48,352 nt of DNA from a virus: IMG/VR virus record IMGVR_UViG_3300024243_000002; one strand, 5' to 3'. Below the pieces are notes generated by a model. The model saw only the letters and a program-made list of their open reading frames with translations. It was not told where the DNA came from and made no database searches. Position numbers and translations under genes: made by a program. Below are positions 1-10,700 of this stretch, piece after piece; the first letter of the stretch is position 1, and every line of letters begins with the position of its first letter.

Positions 1-127
1 ATAAGACAGAAATTGAGGCAAAAGCAGAATGCCTTGAACATCTGAAAAGAATGTACTCTGGATTTTCTGTTTTAATAGATAAAATTTTAGGAGGACGGGA
101 TGAGTAACAAACATTGTTATTACATAC
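1..127. repeat. Direct terminal repeat, copy 1 (identical to 48226..48352)
   Basis: Compared base by base: the first 127 nt equal the last 127 nt. nt 1..107 duplicate the 3' end (including the TAA stop at 105..107) of the CDS at 48036..48332. This implies a circular or terminally redundant 48,225-bp unit. Confidence 0.9.
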
Positions 128-255
128 AATATGTAATATTAATTATCATGTTATTAGTAATGGCTGGCATATTAATACTTAAAGACAATAAGCCACTACA
201 AAATTTAACAGACCCAATAGTTGAAGAAACCATAATTGAGAAAGTAGTAGAATGA
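100..255 (+). CDS. Small membrane protein, 51 aa (below the ORF-track size cut-off)
   Basis: ATG at 100 lies 5 nt after AGGAGG (89..94). My translation is MSNKHCYYIQYVILIIMLLVMAGILILKDNKPLQNLTDPIVEETIIEKVVE, with one hydrophobic helix-like core. The TGA at 253..255 overlaps the ATG of the next gene (ATGA coupling). Confidence 0.4.
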   Translation: MSNKHCYYIQYVILIIMLLVMAGILILKDNKPLQNLTDPIVEETIIEKVVE

Positions 256-746
256 AATATATTTTAGGAATAGATCCAAGTATCAGGGCTACCGGTATGG
301 CAATATTATTTATTGATAATAAAAATAACGCAGCGATTGTAAAATCTGCATATTGTCCTACTACTACAGAATTTACTCTTGAAGAAAGAATTAGAATTAT
401 TGTACTGGAAATAAAGAAATTCATTTCTGATTATCCTATTGAATTATTGGCAATAGAAAATTGTTTTGTCGGAAGGAACAAAAAAACATCTTTAATGCAG
501 GCCGAATTAATAGGTACAATTTTATATGGATTAAGATATACATACAATACATTAATTAGGTTAGATGCCACTTTTATAAAATCAGAATATACAGCTGATG
601 GTACTTCGGATAAAGAAAATATGATAGAAGAAACAGAAAGTCGTTTTCTATGTAGACTTACTGGCAATAAAGCAGAACGTGAAGCAAAGGCAGACGCTAT
701 CGCCTGCGCATATGTTGGCTCATTTGTGGAACAAAAGGAGGAGTAA
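252..746 (+). CDS. ruvC: RuvC-family Holliday-junction resolvase
   Basis: N-terminal ILGIDPSIRATGMAIL matches the RuvC-type first catalytic Asp motif (ILGIDPG..TG). LAIENCF supplies a Glu, and C-terminal EREAKADAIACAY resembles the DAADAlAiA motif. The size, 164 aa, is typical. Confidence 0.75.
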   Translation: MKYILGIDPSIRATGMAILFIDNKNNAAIVKSAYCPTTTEFTLEERIRIIVLEIKKFISDYPIELLAIENCFVGRNKKTSLMQAELIGTILYGLRYTYNTLIRLDATFIKSEYTADGTSDKENMIEETESRFLCRLTGNKAEREAKADAIACAYVGSFVEQKEE

Positions 747-1207
747 TGTTTGAAAAGTGGTGGAAGGAGCATGGATTAAATTCAAATCTCGGCAATCCAG
801 AGGATGATGTCGAGTCTAAGGATATTAAGTCTTGGGCGAGAGAGGCTTGGTGTGAAGCCGCATACAGAGTAGGCAATCCAAAGTGTGCATGCTGCAAGCG
901 GCCCCTGCATACGATATATGGGAAGGACAAATTAATGACAAAATTAGTAGTAGTTAGTCGTGTTACTAAAATTAGTTACACGGCTAATGATTGGCAGTTA
1001 TTCGGTATGGCTGGAAGGGCTGGTGTTGCAAGAAAATTAAATACTGCTGTAAAAAAAGCAGTACAAGATAATCCTACAATAAGAGCTAATTTTGAAAGTC
1101 AAATACGAAAGTCACAAATGAAGTATGACAGTTACGGAGCTGCCGATTCTGAAGGTAACGAGCTTGTATGGCATATTGCTAACAAAGTTTATGGGGAGTG
1201 TGAATAA
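746..1207 (+). CDS. Hypothetical protein (153 aa) with a Cys cluster (CACCKRP)
   Basis: Long ORF with a TAATG overlap to ruvC and AGGAGG just upstream. No family recognised. Confidence 0.6.
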   Translation: MFEKWWKEHGLNSNLGNPEDDVESKDIKSWAREAWCEAAYRVGNPKCACCKRPLHTIYGKDKLMTKLVVVSRVTKISYTANDWQLFGMAGRAGVARKLNTAVKKAVQDNPTIRANFESQIRKSQMKYDSYGAADSEGNELVWHIANKVYGECE

Positions 1208-1452
1208 TGGGTAGAGTAAAAGAACGAATGATGGATAGAGAAGGTGAAGACTTTTATCCTGAAATGAGTGATATTGAATACTTAGAAGTAGTTTTAGATT
1301 TTTATGATAACATTATAAATAAAATAGAAGATTTAATTAGCTTAATTCCTGCTCCTTTGCGTAAAAACGTATCGCGAAAAGAGTTTATGAAGCCAGAGAG
1401 GCATACTGCAAATATATGTATTCCCAAGAGTAAGCCGCTCGATCTTTCATGA
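1207..1452 (+). CDS. Hypothetical acidic protein (81 aa)
   Basis: ORF coupled by a TAATG overlap to the upstream gene. No family recognised. Confidence 0.55.
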   Translation: MGRVKERMMDREGEDFYPEMSDIEYLEVVLDFYDNIINKIEDLISLIPAPLRKNVSRKEFMKPERHTANICIPKSKPLDLS

Positions 1453-1560
1453 AGCTCCAAATCTTCGCCTCATGCAACGATTACATCCTTCGCCTTTCTC
1501 TCCAAGTGGGGCGATATTGTTGTGTGAGGCCTCCTGTAGACACACAGAGGGGGTGATTAT

Positions 1561-1752
1561 TTGAACGATTGCCTGCAGAGACAAATTCTATGGTGTCTTA
1601 ATGTAGATGAGGATGTAATAAAAAATGGAGAAATACCAGATAAATTATGGGATATGTGGGAAAAATCAAAAATAGAATTTGATAAAGTAAAAATAAAATC
1701 AGATGAGATTTTTCTAATATTACAATATGGTAAGCCGCCTGATAATTGGTAG
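1561..1752 (+). CDS. Hypothetical protein (63 aa), TTG start
   Basis: The ORF-track start is TTG at 1561, preceded by GAGGGGG (1547..1553) at a suitable spacing. It ends just before the convergent terminator. Confidence 0.45.
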   Translation: MNDCLQRQILWCLNVDEDVIKNGEIPDKLWDMWEKSKIEFDKVKIKSDEIFLILQYGKPPDNW

Positions 1753-1757
1753 CGAAT

Positions 1758-1789
1758 AAGGGGAGACTATTAATCTCCCCTTATTTTTA
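1758..1789. terminator. Bidirectional intrinsic terminator between the convergent arms
   Basis: Perfect 9-bp stem AAGGGGAGA (1758..1766) / TCTCCCCTT (1774..1782) with a 7-nt loop. ATTTTT follows on the plus strand and an A-run precedes it (a T-run on the minus strand). It sits between the plus-strand stop at 1752 and the minus-strand stop at 1787. Confidence 0.75.
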
Positions 1790-4700
1790 ATCTAAATTAT
1801 ATCTTGGTTGTTTTTTAATAGGTAAATATCTATAAGGCCCTGGCCTCCATAAGTTATTTTGCACAGTCTTCAAGAATTCCATTTGAGCATCTGGTTGTCC
1901 AGGATTATCCTGCATTCTTTTAAATGCAGTTGCTGTACCTGTTATTTTATTATAAATACGAGGAGCGCCTGGTGCTGTTTGATACAAGAGTAAATTAATT
2001 ATATTCGTAGTGGCATCTGTGCCATATTTATACTCCATTGAAGATCGATTTACATTAATTCCCGTTGTTGCACGAACCAGCTCAGACATGTCCTCTCCAA
2101 GAGTGCCGTCATCAAGTCCGGCTTTGACCAATGCAAATCCAATAGCCTGTGGTAATTCTTTTCCGGTTGGTCCCATAAAGTATTGAGGCAACCCGCTCCC
2201 CCAGCCAATTCGATTACGATAATTTATAACATCTTGCTCGTCGAGATAGCCAGAATTGACTAAGCCGTTCAACTTATTGCCATGAGTGCCTGCATATCGA
2301 ACAAGATCCCTTGTCATATCAATTGCTGGTATGCCTATAGGGTTGACACGCTCTGCAAATTGAAGAGGAACAGGAGCATCGTCATCACCACCGAGTGCTT
2401 GCAATAGAATGCCAAGTCCAAAGATTGTACTAAATGCAGTATCTGGGTTAAATTTATACTCTTGCTGTGATTGCCACGTGGTGGGCGACCAGGCATTTGA
2501 TATTTGTTTATTAGGACTCAATCCCATATGATCGCCAGCCTGTATCTCTGCAAACTTATCATGAACCATATACTGGCCAATGGCCTGAATATTTCTGGTA
2601 TAGTGTACCAATTTAGTTAAGAAAGCAGTAGCGGTATTGAGATCCAAATCAGATCTATTTAATTTATCATACAAGAATTGAGTTTCTACAATTAATTTAT
2701 GACCAGCAGCAGAAGATGCTCTTTCGCGGTATCTCCTAAATGCAATATCAATACTTTTTTCAGTAGCCTTTTTACCAACTACACTTTCAGGATCTATTCC
2801 AAATCTTCGATAAGTATCTACTGATAGATTTGTAAATTCTTGCTTCTGAGAAGAGATTTGATCCCATACTCTAGCAGCTCCTGCTCTCCAGGCTTTTTGC
2901 CTTAATGGAGTTTCTACTTTACCCATTAAATATAAAAGCTTATTAGCGGTAAAGCCGACAACCTTTTCTGCTGTTTCAAGTCTGTCTTTTGCAGCAAGTC
3001 CTAATTGTTCTCTTACTTTTGGCTGTAAGTATTGAGCCCATTCGTTCCAGTCAGATGAATATGGATCGTATTGATCCCTGTTTTCAAAGTCGACAAACTC
3101 TTTACCTGCTACGGCATTGAATTCATCTGGCGACCAGCGAGCTTCTCTTGGCGTTCTCGCGTCTCTTACTCCGGTTTTTGCCGCCAGCATTGTATGGCCA
3201 CCAACATGGTTAACTATTGAAGTAATAGGAGAAAATACAGACAGAACACTAGCTGTTATGCCTGCCAATACCATTCTTCCAAGTCTGGAAATAGAGCTTT
3301 GATGAGGAGACGCTTGCATTTTGCTTGCATGTTGTTCAAGCATTAATCTTACCGAATTTGCATACTCGATATTTTTTAATCGATCTTCTTTAGATCCAGA
3401 AAGAATAATCAATTTTTCTAATCCGTTATTAACGTCGAGCATTGCATTCCACATCTTTTGTGTTTGCAAGAAATCAATGCCCTCTGCAGCGTGTCCAGCC
3501 ATTACGCCCACCATATTGAAATCTTTAAGTCTGACACTATGCTTTGCTTTATCTTTTAGTTTTGCTTCAAGATTTGACATAAACCTATCTGTATTAAAGG
3601 AGGCTTGGCCGGCAGGATCTATATCAAAGAAGTTCATGTTCGTGCCAATTTGTTCTCCCTGTTCAGCTATTGCTGTTGAGAGAGCAAACTGAAGGCCTAT
3701 CCTGTTTGCTGGGAAGTAAATGTTACCAGATTGGATTTCATCAATCATATCATCTATTCTCTTAAACAGTTTTGTTTTTTCTGCAACATCTTTAATTCCA
3801 GATTGCTTTTCTGCCAGCCTACGAATTACCTGCCTTGCTTCCTGCAAACCTTCTGCCGTAATCTCTGCCTGGTAATCAAAATAATCAATCATATTATTCG
3901 CTATAGCTCTTTCAGCAGTACCCTTTCCGGTAGCCAGGTCGCGAGACTGCAACATGCCAATAATCTTATCAACAGTTTTTGTTCTATCAACAAGCCTTTG
4001 GCCGTTTTTCCCGCGCTTCGGTATAGTTATTTCTCTGCCATTTCTATCAGCACCGATTTCGATCTGATAAATTGGAGAGAACCCAGCCCCTCCATCTGTT
4101 TGCCCATATCTTGCTACGCCATCAAACATATCAGCCATGGCCATTAATGTAGCCCCGGTTTGCCCGGCAATAGGATCTGAGCCTTCTCTTAATGAAGCGT
4201 ACAGCCTTTCTATTGAAGTAAGGTCTTCAGTAGATGCTCCGGCGTGCTTGGCAAGAGACAGTCTGTTTTGGATTTCAGATATGCGAGACATAATAGATTT
4301 TAAATCATTATGCCCAGCAGGGAAATTATCTTTTATCGATTTTTCTAAATTAACAAGAAGTGAAAGTGATTGACTTCTATGCCGCTTCATTTGACTACGA
4401 ACTATATTTGAAGTTTCAAATAGATGTTCAAAGTGTGGACTATTTTCAGCCTTTTGTCGAGGAAGAGCATTGCTGTATAGCCAGGCTGCTGCTTTATCAA
4501 CAACTCCCGTTGTCTCGCCTCCGGCAGCAAGAATAGTTTTATTATAATGCTTCTCCCCATACTTCATGTGTTCAAGATGTTTAAGAATCTGGAAAACATC
4601 CTGCTCTTTTAATGGTTCTCGATTTATATTTATATTATACTGCTGCTGCACCCATCCCCTAAAGGCAACTTCAGGTTTAGATCCACCTTGAGACATACTT

Positions 4701-7700
4701 AATATGCTCTGAATCCATGGATCATACCGTACTATATTATCAATTTTAGCTAAACCTTTATTTATATGTATTGTTTCTTTGGGGTCCGCATCTTCTCCGG
4801 TACTTACTCGAATTTGATCACGCAGCTGTTCCTGCTGCTTAGTCAGGCTTCCATAGGAGGCCTTCCTGCCTTCGCTGTAGCCAAAGCCGGCACCAAGGGC
4901 GCTTGGGTTGTCCCCAGCACGTAAATGTCTCAGCATACGCCTTGTGTGAGCTACCGTGGCCCTGTCTGCCGCAGTTGCCATATCTTCTGAAAGCGGACGC
5001 ATATCATCAAATTCTCTTTCAAATTTCTCCCTAAGACTGCTTTTCTTTTCAGCAACAAGAGCTTCCCATGATTTATTATTAAACCTACCCTGCATCTTGC
5101 TTCTTAAAGAAGCCTGAACTTGCGGCTTGCCTATTTCGTTATTAACAGACTTAGTTACTTTCTCATTAAATATATCTTCTTTTGCTCTACGAGCTTTTTT
5201 CATTTCAGAATAATACACTTCGGACGTATACGGAGAGCGATCTAATCCCTGGGAGTCCAGCCTTGTGCTCGTCTCTTTGAATAAAGAATTATCTGCTCCA
5301 CCGAGAGCATCGCCAATTGTTTGCTTAAATTCAGCAGTTCTTAACCCGTTTATTCTTTGGGTAAAGTCTTGTGGATTCATTACAAGAGCATTGCGAGAAT
5401 ACATTCTGAGTATTCCAGTTGCAGCGCCAACCCACTTAGGGATTCGTCCGCCCACAGTAATTCCATCTATTTCACTATTAATTGATTCACCTTCGACCAG
5501 AGAACCTTTACCTTTAAATCTGTCTATGTCCTTACCGGCTATCGGTAAATTATAAGTAGCAGTAAATTCGCCGGTACTGCTTGCGCCAAGGTAATGACTT
5601 GACGCACCGTCTGAAATAATCTGCTCAAGAGCAGAGAGTGCAGCGCCATCGCCTTTGGAATAAGCGCTATTCAATAGCTCATAAGTAAGTATCGCGTCCT
5701 GATGATTCTTGGCGAGATAGCCCATTACAGATCTCAGTAATTGATTTTGCATATTTCTATGTATCGGAAGAGCCTTGCCGCCTACTGCAATTGTTCCCCT
5801 ATCTTTGCCGAGAGGACCAGTTGACAGTAGCGCATATGTAGCATGATAAATACCGTCACCGTCTTTATCCCACTTTTCATAGAATGTCCTGACAGCTTCA
5901 TCGGAAGCCTTCTGCACTGCGTCCCATGTCCACTTATCTTTTGCGTTACCAGTTATAGCCTTTTTAGCAAAGCCTTCAATGGTATCAATAATCTTCCTGG
6001 CATGTTGCGCTCTCGCTTTTCCAGTAAATGTATAGGAATGAGGATCGGCAAACAGCCTTGCTGCAGTTCCAATTGAAGCCTGGGCCACAGCAGTAGATCT
6101 CATCTGTACTATTTGATCAGGCATTAGTACATGCTTACGCTGTTCTCCATTAAATATTGCCTGTACTTTTTCATAAGGAGACTTCGTTGGACTATTATCA
6201 AATACGCCATTTGCGTCTGGTTTATTAAACTCAGCATGAGTAAGTATCCGCATAGCCATTTTCTCAAAATTAGTACTCATCCGTGTTTGGTTTTTGCCTG
6301 GATATGAATTGGCGAAATCAATAGTAGGATCTATTAATCTCAGCGCATCCGATGTAAGCTCTGATTCAAAAGTAGCATTCTCATTTGTGTACTTTTCATA
6401 TACTTTTTTATTTAATTTATTAATACGCCGCAATGACGCAAAGGTCATATTCTCAGAGTTCTCAGGAGTAAGCAATCTAAGCTCTCTTCCCTTGGGAATC
6501 TTAACTCCATTATTTCGCAGCATCACCCCGAAGAGAGTATTGAGATTGTTGCTTGCATTTGGACTATCCACCAAAGCAGCAAGAAGAAGATTGTCAGTAA
6601 TAGTTTTTCGTTGTTGCCTGGAGGTGTATCCATTTACATCGCCAACTTTCTCTGCGAAGTCAAGCATTGTCTCAAGAATTTTCTTTTCTTGACCTCTGAT
6701 CAAATTAGTAAGTTCAGCATCTCCGGTAATGCTATTCAGCCATCCATTAGGATCATGCATGATTACTTCTTTAACAAACAAGTCGCGCATTTCCTTGTAT
6801 GTCATATTGGTGCCTTTAGAGGCGGCATCAATAACAGCCTGAACATTATTGTCTTGCATTTGCAGGAAATCAATATCCGCAGTTAACCTTGAGTGAGTAC
6901 TTCTCTTTGGCCCAACAACAACAGACTTTCCGCCCTGAGTTAAGTTTACTCCAAATCCGTCAGCCAGAAACGCCAGTGCATTGCTCAACTTCTGCGTAGT
7001 GCCTTTTGCTTTCTCAAGAACAACGGCGTTTTCTGCAAGCTTCCTTGAGCTTTTCCCGCTAAACCATTGATCAGACTCCATCGCTGGAGGACCTATCTTA
7101 CGTCTTTGCTCATAAACGCTAAGCTTTGTATCTGCGGGCTGCTTGGCATTGCCATACGCCCAGCCATCAGCGATAGAATTCATGCCTATAGGATTATGTG
7201 CCATCGTTTGATCGCCATCAAAGTCCCTATCCATAAGAGCAGCTTTTTCTCTCCCCATGAAAGCATCGCTTTTCTTAGAGTCATACCCCAATACGTAGTC
7301 CAATTTACTTGCAGCGAAATCTTTAGATGGATAAGTTTTAGCACCAGCAACCATGCCAACCGAAACTGTTGCGAGTCCTTTATTGCTTGAGAAGTTTGGT
7401 CCGTCAAATTGATCTCTTCCCAAATGAGGCCTTGCTTCATGGTCGTATTTTCCAAGGAAAAAATCAAGCGCATTTCTGACTGCGCCATTAGTAATTTTCC
7501 TGGACGCAAGCTCGGCTCTTAAGGCCTCTCTTCCAGAGAGCCTTCCGATACCTTGCCCGGCATATATTCCATTCTCTCCAGACATAATATCATTTTCTAT
7601 TTCCCAAGAATCAGGAAGCCCGCTGGTGTCGCCGCTCTCTATTGCCTTTTTCCCAAGTGCTATTATGTATTTATTAAGCTCTGCCAGCGCTTTCTCTTCT

Positions 7701-10700
7701 GCTGGGACAAATCTTTTATGTGGAGTTTTCGATGCTACTTCTGCTTTTCCACCAGACAGTCCAGCCTGCATGTAGTTATACATCAGCGCAGCCAGCCTGC
7801 GCTCAGCCGTAACTTTGGCGCTTCCTGAAAGGCCTGCAGCCTCAAGAAACTTTGCAGCATGAGCAGTTGCTTCACTCTGGGCTCTGCCTAACGAATTTTT
7901 TAATGAACTCCTAATCGAATCAAGAAGTAAGTTCTCTCCGGTCTTTGGTAATTCATTTAAATCTAATTGTTTCCCAATATCAAATTCACCAAATCTATAA
8001 GAGTCATTTTTAAAGCCGGCAACCTCTGATTTGCTTAACTTAATTCCCTTGCTGCCAAAGAATTTAATATTATGATCGATAGCATTATTTGCCGACCCCT
8101 CTTTGTCTGCAGAATAATCCTTGAAAGCGAGAACAAAACTAGAAGCATTATCAATAACTGTTGAGCCGTATTCAATACCCCTATATGCCTCGTTGCCATC
8201 AAGAACACCCGACACGACCAAGTGACTAGCTCTCGCAGCTTTTTCTGCCCTGGATACGCCCATTCCATTTGCCCAATTAGTGATAGCATTAATACCCATG
8301 CCTGGCGACCACTCTAATGTACCGCCAGATGATACCCACTCATAAAGTCCAGATTCCTGCGCAATGCCAGGATCAATTCCAAGACTTCTTTCAAAGAAAT
8401 TTGACAACTCCTCGGCTGTAGCAGCTCCACTTAAAATATTAATATGTTTATCAAGCGCCGCATTAAATACTCTATCTAAAAAAGCATTCGCTTCTGCCTT
8501 TGAGTCTGGCCCCCTGTACATATACTCTGTAAACTTTTGAGAAGTTCTATTGTTTTCAACGCTGGAAATATTATGAAATTCAAAACTAGATAATGGAACA
8601 TCTATAATACCATTGTTAGTATTAACCTTAACCTCATTCCATCTTCCATTCTGTAGCGCCAGCCCAGCCTCTGCGTAATCTATAGAGGTTCCCTTGTGAG
8701 AAAACTCTACTGCAGGTATGTTTTTAGGCATCTTTCCTGTTGATGAAGTGGTCAAGAACTGAACGCCTAGCTCCTTACGTAACGCCGTAAGCTTTGGACT
8801 GTCAACTATCAGACCTTTATATAGTCGCTCTACGCCGTCAGGCCCGCTCATAATAACAGAAAACTTGCCGGTTGATGCATCGCCCTGTACTCCGTGAAGA
8901 GTGTGTAGCAGGTCAATTTCGGCTCTTGAGGCAATGATAGCGCCATCGTCTAATTCTGTTATGCCTAATTCTTTCGCCCTATCCTCTGGTAGCAACTTCA
9001 GAATATCAATAGATTCAACATGTGCAACTTTAACTTTACCATTTTTTGCGAACTCTGCTCTGTTTACATTCTCTGAATTTGTATGCAATACTTCTGCGAT
9101 TAGATCAGTAGGAATAAATCTACTATCGGCAAGCACCCTTGATACATGCTCGCTGCTTGTTGTGCGAGAGCTTGGATTGTTGGTTTTCGTTGCATATTTA
9201 TTTGCCAGACTTTGCCATCCAGCGCTATCGTTAACTTCTGCTAAAGATTCAAGCCCAAAAGTATGAACATTGGATAACCTTGTAAGGCCTTCTGAGATTA
9301 TAAGCTTTTCGCCTATTGAAAATGCGCCGCCATCTGAATTTTCTATAACATTAGCAGCATCTATAATATCACTAACGAATCCCTTCAATACAAAAGCTTC
9401 CGGCCTGTTTTTTGTAAACTTATCTATTTTGCTAGCCATCGATAGCAAGTATTTATCGGTTCCATTTTCCTTAAAGTCCCTGCTCCCAACCATCGCTGGC
9501 TCATTAATTCCCTCAGTCCGGAAAGTAATAAAATCATCTCTTTGTTCGCCGTCAATAGTATATGATGTATTCATTAATTTTTTATTATATCTAGGATTGG
9601 TAGCCCCTTCTTTTGTTAACGGAGACTCACCCTCAATCGTAGCGCCAGTCGGCATTATAATTGTAGTCTCATTGTGTTCACTGCCAAGAGCATCTGCCAT
9701 TCTTGTGATAGCTGTTCTTTCGGATCTAACCATGTTGCCAACTACACCAGAAACTTTTGTGTTCCCGTCTATCATTGCGCTCGGAGATATGACATATACA
9801 TTTCTTGTAGATGTTGCTTCTCTTATTAAGTTTATCTTTGCCAATTCAGCATTGTTTTTAGTTTTACTATTATGCTTAACATTACGCAAGTTGCGTATTC
9901 GCTCTATAACAACATTAATCATTTTTCTATCTTGTCTTGTGCTCTCATCATATAGTAATTCTTTGCGAGCTTCACTTTCGGAAAATACTTTTTCATTAAT
10001 CCATCTACTCAGTTGCGCATCTCCAATTAAAGCAAGCTTGCTTGTTAATCTAGGAGATAATCCAGGATCTATTATAGACAATGAGTTGCTCATTAAAATA
10101 GTATCTAATTTATTGTGAAGTTCTGATTGTGTATACTTTCCCTCTTCGACAAGATTCCTAACTTCCGTCAGAACATTTTCTTTTCCATGAGAGGATAGTC
10201 CATAAACATCAAACAGATCTTTTGTGGATTCAATTTCGAGATTGCGCGAGCTTCTGGCATCGACTGCTGCCTCGAAGTCACCAAGGCCCATAAGAACTTT
10301 ATCTTCTGCAAAGCCAGCTTCTCCACGCTTAACATTTAGCTGCCTCAGAATTTCCCCAACATCACGCCTGGCCTTGCCAAGATTGGCACTCGGTGAGATT
10401 TTAATCTTAACCTTGCCATGTTTACCATTAATAAAAGTTAAGCCATTTCTTTCAAGAGCCTTTTTCGCTTTATCAAATGCGAAATAGTCCTCCCTTCCTT
10501 TTCCAAGAGAATACATCATAGATCTTAACGTGTGCTGTATTTGACCTATCTCGGTCCTTGTCCTGGTACTGGTTTTAATATTTCCAAGAGCTTCCTGTAT
10601 GGCCTCAACATCGCCCCTCTCGTAAGCGTCCACCATTCGGACATATCCCATGGCGGCTTCTTCAAGGTTTCTGTCGTGGCCAACTATATTAGTAATCTCA

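Noticed and set aside
2315-2347. VNPIGIPAIDM (aa 4319-4329 of the giant protein) resembles the beta-subunit block LNPLGVPSRMN
   Set aside because: The obligatory upstream GDKxxGRHGNKG block is missing nearby. The site lies about 1,600 aa downstream of DFDGD, in a hydrophobic C-terminal region, and NPIG also occurs right after the DFDGD loop. This is most likely chance similarity of a short motif.
9270-10118. 282-aa plus-strand ORF, and many others (for example 12081..12491, 13941..14387, 3321..3692 and 6294..6692), antisense to the giant gene
   Set aside because: They lie wholly inside the far longer minus-strand ORF. They have Ser/Leu/Ile/Pro-rich low-complexity translations typical of the antisense frame of a real gene, and they lack RBS-start contexts. 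I treat them as shadow ORFs.
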